DNA from: Cetorhinus maximus | Lineage: Eukaryota | Assembly: GCF_964194155.1 (NCBI RefSeq) | Contig: NC_135890.1 | Coordinates: forward strand, 39,184,001 to 39,248,000 | Direction of reading: 5' to 3' | Length of the DNA stretch: 64,000 bases | Shown: positions 1-12,404 of the stretch, one piece after another | Position numbering within the stretch: position 1 is the first letter of the stretch | How the letters are laid out: every line of letters begins with the position of its first letter | Position numbers and translations under genes: made by a program | The notes under the pieces: model-generated | Databases searched by the model: none | The model's input: only the letters and a program-made list of their open reading frames with translations | Told to the model about the DNA's origin: nothing

Positions 1-599
1 CTACCTTCACTATGACTACAAAGTGGTCTGCGAGATGGAAAATATCTCGAGCAATACCGACCTTCCCAGTTATGAAGACTTGGTAACCACCCAAAAAGTG
101 CTTAAAAATCACACTGGCCATTTTGGGAAACAGCAGCTGATATCAAATCCAGAATTGTGAGACTCAAGCAGCATAAAGAACCAAAGCCATATAATTAATC
201 CAACAGCAGAGGTCCTTGGCTTCGATTTCACTTGAAAAGAGCTCAACTGAATCCACCCTGGGCGTGGACAATGTGACCAACAGCTCCATAGCGAAAGATG
301 AGGGACGGCCCAAAGTGGCCATGAGTCTTAGGCAATAAAAGCGATCACATCGTCCCGCCCATTGAGGTCTTTCGCGGGAAGCACCACATTCCTCCATCTG
401 ACATCTCAGGAGGCCATCAAATGGATAACCAGATTAGACATCCCATTATAAACTTCTCACGTTGTACCCAAGTAGTAGCCTGACTCACATGGCAGGAGTT
501 TGCACCCTCTTAGCCAGATGATGATCCCAAAAGTTCTGCAGCCACCTGAAGGATACATTGTATCCCAGTGAAACATTGTATCACATGTGTAACTTTATA

Positions 600-1260
600 C
601 TGTCAGCGTACTCAGCTCCTCACCTTTTCGCCTAAGCAGCAGCGTCGCCACAGCGCTGTCCACACCACCGGACAGGGCACACACGACATGCCGCAGTGGC
701 CGACTCATCCCACTAGGCAGACCGAGGAAAGAGAGGCCCCGAGCCGCTCCTCCCCTCTCTGCTAACCGCTCACCGCCGCCGCCATACTCAAACAACCGGG
801 CTCCTCCCGCAGCAACACCCAGGAAACTGTCTCCGGCCGATAGAGTCCGGCCCGATGTTTGTACCCCCCCCCGGGGGTCTCCGTGCAGCCCCTTTCTTTG
901 TTTAACCTCAAGTGAAGGACAGTCTCTCAGCCTCTCCGTGAGCTAAAATACAAGTGAAGGATGGTGGATCCTTCACTGTGTGGACAGGAAGTCCTTTCTA
1001 CACAAACTTCTGGTGACCCATTTTGAGATATGCAAATATTCCTGAGAATATCTAATTGGCAATTTAATACAATGCAGAAGAAGCAAATTAAATTTGACCA
1101 GACGATATTGTTTGTTAATATTTGAAGGGAGTCTGATCCTCCGGCAGAATGATGCTAAAATTAACTCCGCACCGAGTCTCCGTCGCGGCGCGAGGTCCGC
1201 TGCTTATTTTATGCTAAAATTAAGCAACAACACTGAAAGCTCGTTTAAGCAAAACGACAC
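600..1260. promoter_or_regulatory. CpG-rich promoter of TRMU, probably bidirectional with the + strand PLP-enzyme gene
   Basis: CpG/GC-rich patches at about 640-900 and 1165-1200 in an AT-rich background. YY1-like ATGGCGGC on - at 778-785, octamer ATGCAAAT at 1030-1037, ATTGG at 1055-1059. The neighbouring gene's first coding exon has an acceptor, so it needs an upstream non-coding exon. Confidence 0.6.
624..708 (-). CDS. TRMU: TRMU (mitochondrial tRNA 2-thiouridylase, MnmA family), first coding exon; the gene continues off the left edge
   Basis: Encodes [29 protein letters not shown], with the SGGVDS PP-loop and near identity to the vertebrate TRMU N-terminus. ATG at 708, donor AAG|GTGAG after 624 (85 nt, phase 1). 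Confidence 0.95.
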
Positions 1261-1807
1261 CACAACTGCAATGTTTTTATACTTCTGAAAGGTCGTTTTT
1301 AGTCTTTGACAGAACACCGGAAATGCATACAGGGAGCTATTTAATGTTGCACAGGAACATTTTAGCGGAAGACCCGTTACAGGAGTGGATGTGGAACTGT
1401 AATAAAACTTCACTGATTTGAAAAGTTGTGAGCAACTTTTTTTTTTAGAATTACTTATTTGAATCATATAATTCATATTAAAATAGCGTACCACTAAAAT
1501 GAAAGATTATTTTTCATGCCTCTGCCTATCACCCTGTTCTCTTATCTGGTGCTAGTTGTTTCCAGACCTGCTAACCTGTTCTGTAGTCAATAAGTACTCT
1601 TGACCTCACCAAAGCTGTCATGTAGAAAACTGGGGAAAGGATGATACCATCAGATTTAAAAAAAACATTTTAAGAGTATAGAAAATAAAAACTTTTTTAT
1701 TTTCTTGCACCTTTCATAATATCAGGACATCCCAAAGTGCTGTGCAATGAAGTACTTTTGAACTGTAGTCACTGTTGTAATGTAGGAAACACAACAGCCA
1801 ATTTTTA

Positions 1808-1896
1808 GCAAAACAAAAAATGCTGGAAAAACTCAGCAGGTCTGGGAGCACCTGTGGAGAGAGAAAACCTGAGTTAACGTTTCAAATGACCCTTCT
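1808..1896 (-). mobile_element. Short PLE tail fragment with truncated HHR
   Basis: tgctggaaaaactcagcaggtctg...gagttaacgtttc family signature. Confidence 0.65.
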
Positions 1897-2183
1897 AAAT
1901 TTGTTTGCCAATTTGTCCCACAAATCTTGAAATTGCCAGCTGTAAGACAAACATTTAGTTACAAACATTTATGTATCTCAGTTTGAAACATGGCAGCGAG
2001 CTTGATATTGTGGACCTCCAAGTCCAATGCTGTATAACAGGTTAATTTGTCACCAACTGTTTAATCTGGGTTCTTATGTGAGCATCTTGAGCTAACTGTA
2101 AGGCAGACTATTCCTCAGCTTGCTCAGGTTAAGGAAACTTGGCACCTTCCCCTCCCTGAAACCTTTCTGATTGTTTATAAGGG

Positions 2184-2530
2184 AAATGGTGGTGCAGCAG
2201 TAATATCACTGGATTAGTTATCCAGAGGCCCAGGCTGATGCTCGAGGGACTTGGGTTAAATCCTACCGTAGGAGCTGTTGGAATTAAACTTCAATATATC
2301 TGGAGTATAAAGCTAGTCCCAGTAATACCGACTATTGTTGCAAAAAACAGCTGGTTCACTAATGTCTAGGAGTTCTGCCATCTTCACCTAGCCTGGCTTA
2401 CATGTGACTCCAGACCCATGCCAAAGTAGTTGACTCTTAACTGCCTTCTGAAATGGCCCAACAAGCCACACAATTCAAGGACAATTAGAGATGAGCAACA
2501 AATGCTGGAGCTTGCCAGCAGTGTCCACAT
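2184..2530 (+). mobile_element. tRNA-derived SINE with LINE-derived 3' tail (related copies at about 18768-19000 + and 57645-57992 -)
   Basis: A-box-like tggtgcagcagta and B-box-like gggttaaatcc; the tail matches the LINE end at 35200-35262. Confidence 0.7.
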
Positions 2531-3881
2531 AAGGTGTCAGCTGTGGCTCAGTTAATAGCACCCTCGCCTTTGAATCTGTGGGTTCGTGTCCCACTCCTGG
2601 AAACCAAGAACTGTGATTGTACTCGAACGAGTTGCAATCTGTGACTATTGATAACTCGAAAGAGTTTCCAAGAAAGAATTTTTAAAAAGTCTTGATCAAA
2701 TTTTCCAAACATTTTAATCAGATATTGGAGCTAACAAAAAAAAAATTGCATTAAGCACCATTAGAAATAAACCAGAATTTACAGGGGCTGCCGATATCAG
2801 TCTGGAGGAAGGTAAACAGTTCAAAAATGAATGTAAATCTTCTGATAAATAAGGCAGCTCCCCACCCCCACTATGATATTGAGTTTTTTCAATAGGCATT
2901 AGAAAATTATCACAGAAATCTGTGAGTATACCTGTCAAATTAGATGTCAAAATATGGATCAGAAATGAACATCTCAGCAATACGTGAACTTAGAGTGACA
3001 GGTCGTGTCACAGATGCTCTCAGTGTTCCCTGGGCTAAAAAGGTGATTGGGGTCGGGGTCAGGGTGGGGGAGGTGGTGGTATCTGTAAGGATTCTGGCTT
3101 TCGAAAGACTCCTACTGGAAAGTATTTGTGGATGGCAGGTGATAATGGGATATCACAGCTGTACTGTTCCTCACAATCAGAAAACTTTCCAATGCCCTCA
3201 CACCATGAATGGTCTTCAGGCAATATGAGGGGTTCAGGCAACAACTTGCATTTAGGCAATGTACTTAACATAGTAAACATCCAACGGCATATTATAGAAG
3301 TGGAGAATAAAGCAAATAAAAGGGGATGCCAAGCCATGGAAGGAGATTTAGAAGAGAGGACCAAAGTCAGTCAAAACTAAAATAGATCTTGAAAGAGAAT
3401 TGGAAAGGCAGAGACATTTAGGAAGGGTGTTCTGGTAAATAAAGCCATGGTGGCTAAAGGCTTTCCCAACAATAGAGGACTGAAGGACTGGTGGAAAGAC
3501 AGATAAAGAATAGAGTTGTAGACCTGAAGAATGGAGGCGAGGGCATAAGTGAAGAGAAAGCTGCAAAGATAGAGAAGATCTGAAGCTGTGGATGGAATCT
3601 GAACATGAAGCACATACCCTGATATGATACAGAACTTTTCAAGAAAGAAAAAGTTAATTCTTCACTCAAACATATAATGCATGAGGAGACTTTTAAATGG
3701 CTATCGGAATCTGTGCTGCAGCAAAACTTGGTCAGAAACTGAGTAACATTAGAGATAGTGAATCAAACTCTCCTGAGTGAGTGTTGATGGAGATGGAAAG
3801 ATAGAAATGAGGCAGATACCAACTCATTCTTTAACAATAGATAAAAATACTCATTTTTTTCAATTCAGAATCACAACAGAA

Positions 3882-4056
3882 ATGGAAGAAGCACAAACAT
3901 TGCTGAGCTTACAAATGTTGCAGGAAGCCAGGAAGACAGTACAAAGGAGCACTTTGCAGGTTATTAAAACTCCTCTGATCCATCTGCCTCATGGGGCAAT
4001 TCCAATGAAAATCAACTGTAATCTGTATATGAAGCTGGAAAACATGCAGACAACAG
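3882..4056 (+). CDS. Ser/Thr dehydratase-like, coding exon 1
   Basis: Acceptor ttcag at 3864-3868, ATG at 3882, ...KTPL...KLENMQTT, donor G|GTCGGT. Confidence 0.88.
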
Positions 4057-7000
4057 GTCGGTACTGTGAAGGCATTTATTGTGTTCTGTATCGTTTATTT
4101 CATGCACTGCACTACAGTAAGCTGATTATGTGAATTTCTTGGTTTTTTTAAGATAAGGGGAGATGGGACTCTGCTGTTAAAAACACAATGGAATGGGATA
4201 TTTTGAGAACGGTGTCTATTTTGTTAAAATTAATTAATTTCTGAAACTGAAAAATTACATGTGTGTTAATATAGTATTTTATTGTAATCATTCATCTTTT
4301 AAGCCAAAATCTGTCTAAACTACATAACATTCATAGCCATTAATTTATTAAGTGAAATATAACAAAATATAGGATGGAAATCCCTGATAGACTTAAATTA
4401 ATTTGTAGATACATTGTTAACTATTGGTTCAGTTGGAACTGGATTTCAAACATTCCTGATTGATTTTTTTATGAATAAATCAATGAATGTAAATTAATTT
4501 AATGATCTTAACACCCCTATCAGACTATTACTAATTTTAAAGTTGCTCAGAAAATGAGAGTCAATTTTGGAGCATTCAGTGTGGCACTTAGTTTTTTATG
4601 GGCCTTGTTGTGCTAATAATACATAAATTCCTCATTTTTTTTGTAGGTTCATTCAAAATCAGAGGAGTAGCTAATCAGTTTTCTAGAAGAGAAAGTGGGC
4701 CTTTCATTACAATGTCAGCAGGAAATTATGGGAAAGCTTTTGCCTATGCTTCAAAGCACTTTGGGCATCAAGGAAAAGTACTTATGGCAGACACAGCACC
4801 AGCATCAAAGACCGCCCTAATTGCCGTAAGCATGAATGTATATACTTATTAATTAACTTTAGGAAATCATAAATTTGAAGTGAATCTACATCTTTTCTGT
4901 GTCTAAAAACAAGGAAAGGGAAATGTTACTTTGCTGGAAGTAAAGGGAAGATTGTTGCTATAGTGACATCAGCTCATGAAGACAATCATATCTATCATTT
5001 CAATTCAGGAAACTTAATGCAAGGCTCATGGTGTAGGATAAGAGTCATAGTGTAGGATGTTATCATGGTTGAATAGTCAGAGAAAGCAGAGTACATAAAG
5101 AGGTAGTGACAGGTAGCTCTAAGTCTGACTTTTAAAAACCTGAAGAATACAAGAAGGTGCTAAGAGTGAAGAAGGTAAGGAGTTCCATAGTTTTGAGGTG
5201 CTGGAAAAGAACATTAAAGGACTGTGGAGTTAGTCTCAATTTTAACAATGGGGTGTCAAGGAGGAAGCTGTATATGACTCTTCTTCAGAGCTAAAGAAGC
5301 TAAATGTTAACTGTTTCTCTCTCCACAGATGCTGCCAGACTTGCTGAGTTTTACCAGCATTTTCTGTTTTTATTTCAGATTTCCAGCATTCACAGGATTT
5401 TGCTTTTGTCTTAAGAAGTTGTAGGAGTTATATTTGCCAATGGTGTGGAGTAGGATACAGATCTGTGCCTTTGATTAACTACACAGCAGCCTTGATGAGA
5501 CTGTGCCACCAGTTTGAGGTATCAGATCAGAGGAAAATTGGTTCCCTATACAGTTAGAGGGAGGAAAAGGAACACATCATATTGTCCAAGTAGGCAGATT
5601 GAGTTTATAGGAAGAAATCTAAAACCCTAAACTCACATTTCTAGTAGGAATGATGGAAAGGGGAAAAACACTAAAAATAGGGAAAAGTTCCAAAAATGTT
5701 TGATGTTATAGAAGAAATGTATAACCTTAAAATCCCCCAACGATAACTTTGCAATGTCAGACATAGCATCTGGGAGGTAACGTATGGAGAAATTTTTGCA
5801 GCTAACACAGATTAGAGGGCAAATAATCCTGGCTCAAGAGTGGAATTAATTGATTTTTGTGAGCCGGTAATCTGGGTGTCGTTTTGGCTTTGTATTGATG
5901 TATATTGATAAGTATTGTATTGTGTATTGATAAATAGATTGGAATCATTAGATTAGAGGTGCTGTATAAATGCAAATTGTTGATGATAGTGCACAAGTAT
6001 TCATCATTGCTCCCTATTTTCCTTAGCAGATTGGATGAACAAATATTCTTATTCAGGCCTCTGTCAATGCTGTCAGTATTCAGTGAGTAGCGACTCATTT
6101 GTTCATTGTGACTCCCCTCCCTCTGGTGGTAAAAGACAGTGGGATCGATTTTGCAGTGCCAATAGTAGGTGACGTGTTCAGTAAGGGCTTGCTACTTCAA
6201 ATGGCAAATGTGGAATCAGCACAGTTTTGAGCTAATTGCCCATTAATTCTGAATGAATCATACGTTGAAATTTTACCACTGTATTTCCAAGTGTAAGCGG
6301 TCTCTTCTCAATTTGCAAATACTTAATGAGGAGGCCAACACAATTTTAAAAGTTAAAATGGATTAATTTAATATGAAACATCTGATAAATTAAAAATCTG
6401 ATAAATCTTGTCAAAAAGTAACATCTATGACTGTTTAGCATAATTTATCAGATTTTTAAAAAAACACTTTAAATGATCAGATTATTGCATTTATTTTAAA
6501 AACTGTTTTAATTTGGAAAAATTATGCTTACTAAAAATATGATTTCCCAATGCCATTTTTAATGTGATGTCCAAGACCTTTTTACTGCAGCAGCCTTTTT
6601 TCCAATTTTTGTGGTGTAGTGACCATAAGCTATACCCACAATTAGCTGCCTTTTCTACCCACACTAGACAGTGCTGCAACTCACGCTAAAAGGAAATCTT
6701 CCCTTAAGGCAACCAAAATTCTTGCCACAGGGATCGCAGTAGGTTTTTACGGAGATTTATTCAATGTCAGCAACAAGAGCTATTGCTGCAACGCTGAACG
6801 CAAAATCCGGGCCAACATGTCCATTTATCCAGTGTCTCAGACCGAATTTGCTTGTTCATTATGAGGGATATATGAACTCACATCCATTACTCAGCAACCT
6901 GCTTCACTTTAGCAGTATTCAAGGAAGAATTCCCTTGATGATCCTGAGCCATATTCCCATTTCTAGTAGGTTCTGTGGGAATACGTTGCACTTGTACCAT

Positions 7001-10000
7001 TGCCACTGTTTTAACACCATTTTCTCTTCTGGTACAGTCTTTTCTGAAGACTCCTTAAGCATCCCTACTACTGCAACTTAGCTTCGAACAAGTCATTTTG
7101 ACATGTATAGGTTTATTACAATGGAAACATACTACTTTCTTTACTTCACTTCTAAGTTTTAAGTTATCACTTCTATTAACTTGACTCACATCTGTCTTTT
7201 CCCTAAAGCCAATACTTTTCCCAGTACCAAATTTGCTATTTCCCCAGTTTCCCTGTTGGGTTTTCCTATGACAACTTACTAACACACAGCTGTCTGAAAA
7301 ATATCATATGCATCTGCTAGAGCTGTTGCTTCCTGTACCTTAGAAACCTTACAGTCTTCAGATGTAACCTAATAGCTATTGGGATGCTGATTTGGAATTC
7401 TTCCAATATTATTAGCGCTCTCTCATTCTCAAAAGTTTGTTCTAACTTCATTGATCAAAATCACCTGTCAAACAATGTTTCCTTCTCCTCTATCAAATTA
7501 CACAAACGTTTCATTTGGACATTAAAGAAAAGACCAAAATTTCAACTGATAATGCTTACAAGCTTGTCCCTGCAGTTTTAGCTCGGAGCGGGACTCAATT
7601 CCTCAATTAAACTACTAGACTCTATTTCACTCTACAATCTAAGCTTTTCTCTAGCCAGTTTATGCTGCCTGATTTCACCCTCTCAAACTTTCATACTTCT
7701 CTTTCTTTTTCCAGTGTGAGCTTTTTCATTTCTCTATCTCTACCATCTGGATTAACTTCCAGTTCCAGTGCTATTACCTCAAGTATGCCAGCTTTCTTAG
7801 CCCCAGCTTTTAATTCTAACTCTAGCTTCTCTGCTTTTAACCTAGTCTTCATTATTTTTTGCGAATCACTCGGGGATAGAGCTTCTCTTTCCAGAAATGT
7901 AGCGATTGACAAAGCCATTCTGTTTTTCAATCAATATAGTAAAATTCCCTGTGGAAATCTTATCATAACATCAGCAAGTACCAGAATTTGTATTTGTCTG
8001 TGGATTTGAAATCCTGGGCGAGCCCCCAATTTATGTTATAATCCTGGACTAGACCCCCGCCCCCCCACCAAATGTTTGGTAAGATCCGGTTAGGGACCAA
8101 TAACATTTTGTTTAAAGTAGACAAAGTTTGAGATTCAAGATACTTGCTAAGAGAATGAAGCCACAAGATTCCACAAACAAAAATAAACTTTACTATGCAA
8201 GATCAGAAAGATAAAGCAATTTACACAATGTATCTTATACTCTAACATTCAGGATTAATATGAGGTACGTGAATTAATGGGCTAACTGTGGTCGAACATA
8301 CCACATTGCACAATAAATGGCAGATGCAACCAAGACAGGTTCCATAGATTTCTCAACAACCCACCCAGACGCCTGTAATACTGAGACAACCAATCTCATC
8401 GAAACTCTGTCTCTCTCACAAGGGATTTTGGTCTTCACCTTTGGAGATGTCACCTTGGATTTCTCTCCAAAAGTCACTCCAACTCTGAAGGCATCAACAA
8501 TGGCACATCATGCAGGGTTTCAATCTAGTCTCCCGAGACTCTGTTCCCCTGGTTTCCCAAGTCTGCACTCCAGCACCAACTCAAGCACAACTTCAGCTAT
8601 GCTGAGAACACCACTGTTCCAAAGGGTTACCTTCACCCCAGCATGGAGTCACCAACCTTCTGTTGCCTCCTTCAATCACCAGGGCTTCTCCTGAGCCCCC
8701 ACCACTTAGTCTGCCAAATGCAGCCTTTTTTCTGCTTGGAACCTCTTTCTGTGCTCCTCTTTCTCCTTAACTGGGACCGTTCCATGCCCAGGACTCTTCT
8801 TGACTATGGCACTCTGCTCCCAATCACATGATCCCATATTTGCACTTTTTTTTGCACAGGTGCAAAGGGCCTGTGTCCTCAGCCGGAAGCACTTCACATG
8901 CCAAATTGTGCAGGTGGTGCCCACTCCTGGCCTGTGCATGCATAAAACTTGAGACTTGTCAGGACTTGGGAGTTCCCAGCCCTCATTCCTAAAGAAGCTA
9001 AGTCTGGATCTCAAAACAAATGTTAAATCCAGTCACACTCACTATCTCATTAGGAAGTCTTGATAAATCTTTGTTTTTGGTTAGTCTCTCCAACTTTGAT
9101 AAACAGAGGCTAATACATTTGAAGTCACACCACAAAAATATAAGCATAAATTGCAAATGTGTAAAGTGGAAGAAGCTTACACTAAGATTATCATTTGAAA
9201 CATCAGTTTTATTTATCTTTGGAATTTAATAATTTTATGGAAATTCAGAAACTCAATTAATATCTTTAGTTGAGGGTTTTTGTGAACACCCCCACCTCAA
9301 TAGGGAGAAGACTTAAAATCTGGATGCTTTTTAAAATTAATTTACAGGATGTGGGCCTCGCTGGCTAGGCCAGCATTTAGTGCCCATCCCTAATTGCCTT
9401 TAAGGTGGTGGTGAGTTGACTTCTTGAACAGCTGCAGTCCATATGGTGTAGGTACACCCACAGTACTGTTAGGGAGTTCCAGGATTTTGACCTAGTGACA
9501 GTGAAGGAACGGCAATATATTTCCAAGTCAGGATGGCAAGTGGCTTAGAAGGGAACTTCCAGGTGATGGTTCCCATGTATCTGCTGCCCTTGTCCTTCTA
9601 GATGGTAGCAGTCGTGGGTTTGGAAGGTGCTGCCTAAGGAGCCTTGGTGAGTTTCTGCAGTGCACCTTGTAGATCATACACACTGCTGACACTGTTTGTT
9701 GGTGGTGGAGGGGGTGAATATTTATAGAAGGGGTGCCAATGAAGCAGGCTGCTTTGTCCTGAATGGTGTCAAGCTTCTTGGATGTTCATCCAGGCAAGTG
9801 GAGAGCATTCCATCACTGTCTTGACTTGTGCCTTATAGATGGTGGACAGGCTTTGGGGAGTCAGGAGGGGAGTTACTTGCTGCAGGATTCCTAGTCTCTG
9901 ACCTACTGTTGTAGCCATAGTATTTATATGGCTTGTCCAGTTCAGTTTCCAGTCAATGGTAACCCCCAGGATACTGATAGAGGAGGATTCAGCATCGGCA

Positions 10001-12404
10001 ATGCCATTGAATGTCAAGGGTCAATGGTTAGATTCTCCCTTGTTGGAGATGGTTATTGCCTGGTACTTGTATGGCACAAATGTTACTTGCCACTTGTCAG
10101 CCCAAGCTCTGGTATCCATTGACAAGTGTGAACCTGCCCCTGATTACTTGATGAAGCAAAGGAGAGTCATATTTAACTCAACACCATAACTCTGTACCTC
10201 TCTCCACAGATGCTGCCAGACCCAAGTATTTCTAGCATTGTTTTTAATTTCACATTTCCAGCATCTGCAGTATTTTACTTTCAGTTTAGGTCTCGGTTTT
10301 TTGTTCCATTGCAGCTTTAATAAAATACAAATTTGATGAAATAATGACATGACGTGGTGGCTCAACACTTTCAAAATATTTTTTGTCTTGGCCTTCTTGA
10401 TATTTTTAAAGTGATAAATATACCTTTCCAAACATTTGTAAGAGTTACAAATTGTCAAAATGGTTTCAGATTCTTCTGGGCAACTAGGATTTGTCTGAAT
10501 GTATTTGAACTTGAATTAAATAAAGGTCAAAATATTCAGAACTTGTATGCACAATTTGGTGGTGTCATTAAACTACCTCAAAATTGTAATCAAAACGAAA
10601 TTTACCACTACTAACCTGTTAGGCGCTGAAGAATTTGAAGAAGCTTTTGAAGAATAAAAAGATACTTTGCAAGTGATGTAATTTCTATAACGTTTGTAAT
10701 TAAGAAACAATTGTCACAAACTAATTGAGACTATCAAGTTATTCACAGGCCTTAAATGACATAGGTAGTCTTTATGGTGGCTATTATAATGGCATTAGTA
10801 ATATTAATGCTGCACATTTTTATATTACAACCTAGAGTTATGGTGTAGAAGTTGAACAGATACCATCCAAGTCATTATTGCCTACAGTGGAACAATTGGT
10901 TAAGGATCAGAAAATGATTTTCTTGGACCCTTTTGATGACATAGATTTGATTGCTGGCCATGGAAGGTAAAAATAAAGTTCTTCTAATTGTTTCTAAATT
11001 GATGTTAATTTTTAAAAAAACTAATTTGCTGCATCACATCAGAGGCCAAGGTGCCTTATTCCAGACATCCTCACTCCCCCTTTATAATTACTGATTATGC
11101 TGGGTCTAGTATTTCTCAACTGGAAGAATGTCTGACCTTCACATGGTCTCCTCAAGGGATCACAATTGACATACAGGATAATTCTTCGATCATTCTGTGA
11201 CTCCCTTGTCTAAATCAGACATCCCATCCGTGTTGAGAAACAATGACTTTTCTTAGATGGAAATGAATGTTTAATAGATTAATTAGCTAGTGCCAAAGTT
11301 ATACTTGAAGTGTGATTTTCTAAAAAATCTGCTAATTTCATCCATAATAAAACATTCAGCAAAATAGTTGTTCACAAGCAATATATTGATAATTCTCATA
11401 CATACCAACAAAACCTGCAGAAGTGGAGGATGAAGTCACCAAACTGAGCACATATTTCAATAAGTAGCAGTGCAAATATTTAAGTAAAATGTTAAAGCGG
11501 AACCACTGTTCTGAACCTAGATTGTGTCTCATTTTGCATTATATTAGCATAGGCCTTGAGATTCTTGAAGAAATTCCAAATCCTGACGTGGTGGCAGTTT
11601 GTTGTGGAGGTGGTGGTTTGCTTGCAGGGGTGGCTGCTGCTATCAAACTATCTGGCTGTACAACTACAAATATATATGGAGTGGAACCAAAAGAAGGTAA
11701 CAAACTCATACCTCAGCAGAGTCAAATTTTAGCAATTAAGGAGTTTTGAAAGCACTACTTTCACAATTTATGCTCTATCATCAGCTTGTACCATGTACAG
11801 AAGTTTTAGTGAAAATAAGCCAGTGTCTATGGATGTAAAGAGCATTGCCACAGGACTTGCTCCACCATTTGCAGGTAAGTGAAATAGAAAATATACAGCT
11901 GTAGCTTTTGGATGGACAGTTAAGCAAAATCAGAATTGCAACAAGCAAGTCATTTTAGAGAGTGGGTATATTTTTTACAATTCCATTATGTTTATTTAAA
12001 AAAGTGAAGATGCAGCTACTTGAGATACCATTGCAAGGAAAACAAGTCAAGGCATCAAAACCCAAAGCTACAAGAGAAAATTAAATATTTAATACTCCAG
12101 TAACACAAACAAGGAAGAATATTTTATCCAGCAGTGTCATTCAGAATCTTTTTATTCTACAACAGGTTCAAAATCATTCCAGATTTGCAGTCAACATGTG
12201 AAGGAAATCCTATTGGTTTCAGATGATGAAATAAAAGCAGCTGTTTCCATGCTGTACAAGATTGGCTTGGTTGTGGAACCCTCAGGAGCAGCTGCTTTTG
12301 CTGCTATTGTAGGAGAGAAGATCAATCTTAAAGGAAAGACTGTAGTGGTCTTAATAACTGGAGGAAACGTCAGTCCTGAAGAGCTTTGTTGCATTGTTCA
12401 TTAA
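3882..12404 (+). CDS. PLP-dependent fold-type II enzyme, L-serine/L-threonine dehydratase / serine-racemase-like, 320 aa; join(3882..4056,4647..4825,10836..10966,11548..11696,11785..11874,12166..12404)
   Basis: All five introns are GT-AG with matching phases; 963 nt open to TAA. Motifs: KLENMQTTGSFKIRG (PLP lysine), SAGNYG, PFDD..IAGHG, CGGGGL phosphate loop, GVEP, VVEPSGAA, ITGGN. Confidence 0.93.
4647..4825 (+). CDS. Ser/Thr dehydratase-like, coding exon 2
   Basis: tgtag|GT; GSFKIRG...SAGNYGKAFAYA...; donor GCC|GTAAG. Confidence 0.92.
5272..5408 (+). mobile_element. Short PLE tail fragment with inverted HHR 5' half
   Basis: atgactcttcttcagagctaaag (reverse complement of the HHR core and stem II) fused to gttaactg...cacagatgctgccagac tail. 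Confidence 0.7.
7000..9037 (-). mobile_element. Gypsy/Ty3-type LTR retrotransposon remnant: LTR (8034-9037), tRNA-Pro PBS (8011-8028) and decayed gag
   Basis: LTR ends TG...CA. PBS TGGGGGCTCGCCCAGGAT matches 16/18 to the tRNA-Pro complement. CCHC knuckle CFHCNKPIHVKMTC in ORF 7055-7285 and a charged gag-like segment at 7691-7930. Confidence 0.8.
10165..10282 (+). mobile_element. Degenerate PLE tail fragment
   Basis: gagtcata...actc...ctctctccacagatgctgccagac...tttccagcatctgcagtatttt. Confidence 0.6.
10836..10966 (+). CDS. Ser/Thr dehydratase-like, coding exon 3
   Basis: cctag|; SYGVEVEQIP...FLDPFDDIDLIAGHG; donor AG|GTAAA. Absent from the ORF track. Confidence 0.9.
11548..11696 (+). CDS. 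Ser/Thr dehydratase-like, coding exon 4
   Basis: attag|; IGLEILEEIPNPDVVAVCCGGGGLLAGVAAAIK...YGVEPKE; donor G|GTAAC. Confidence 0.92.
11785..11874 (+). CDS. Ser/Thr dehydratase-like, coding exon 5
   Basis: atcag|; ACTMYRSF...KSIATGLAPPFA; donor G|GTAAGT; preceded by an 88-nt intron. Confidence 0.9.
12166..12404 (+). CDS. Ser/Thr dehydratase-like, coding exon 6 (terminal)
   Basis: aacag|; ...VSDDEIKAAV...VVEPSGAAAFAA...VVLITGGNVSPEEL...VH*. Confidence 0.92.

Noticed and set aside
1-590. ORF 164-397 and coding-like composition in TRMU intron 1
   Set aside because: No recognisable motif or TRMU exon 2 sequence; probably a decayed repeat that I cannot classify.
595-795. N-terminally extended TRMU ORF from the ORF track (MFEYGGGG...)
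   Set aside because: It starts at TTG, and homology begins at the ATG at 708. The C-terminal part runs through the splice donor.
6141-6813. Possible MITE with gggatcgatttt...aaaatccgggcc ends
   Set aside because: The terminal match is too weak and no TSD is evident.
8274-9014. Cluster of 60-125 aa ORFs
   Set aside because: They lie within an LTR, with no domain signature or splice support.
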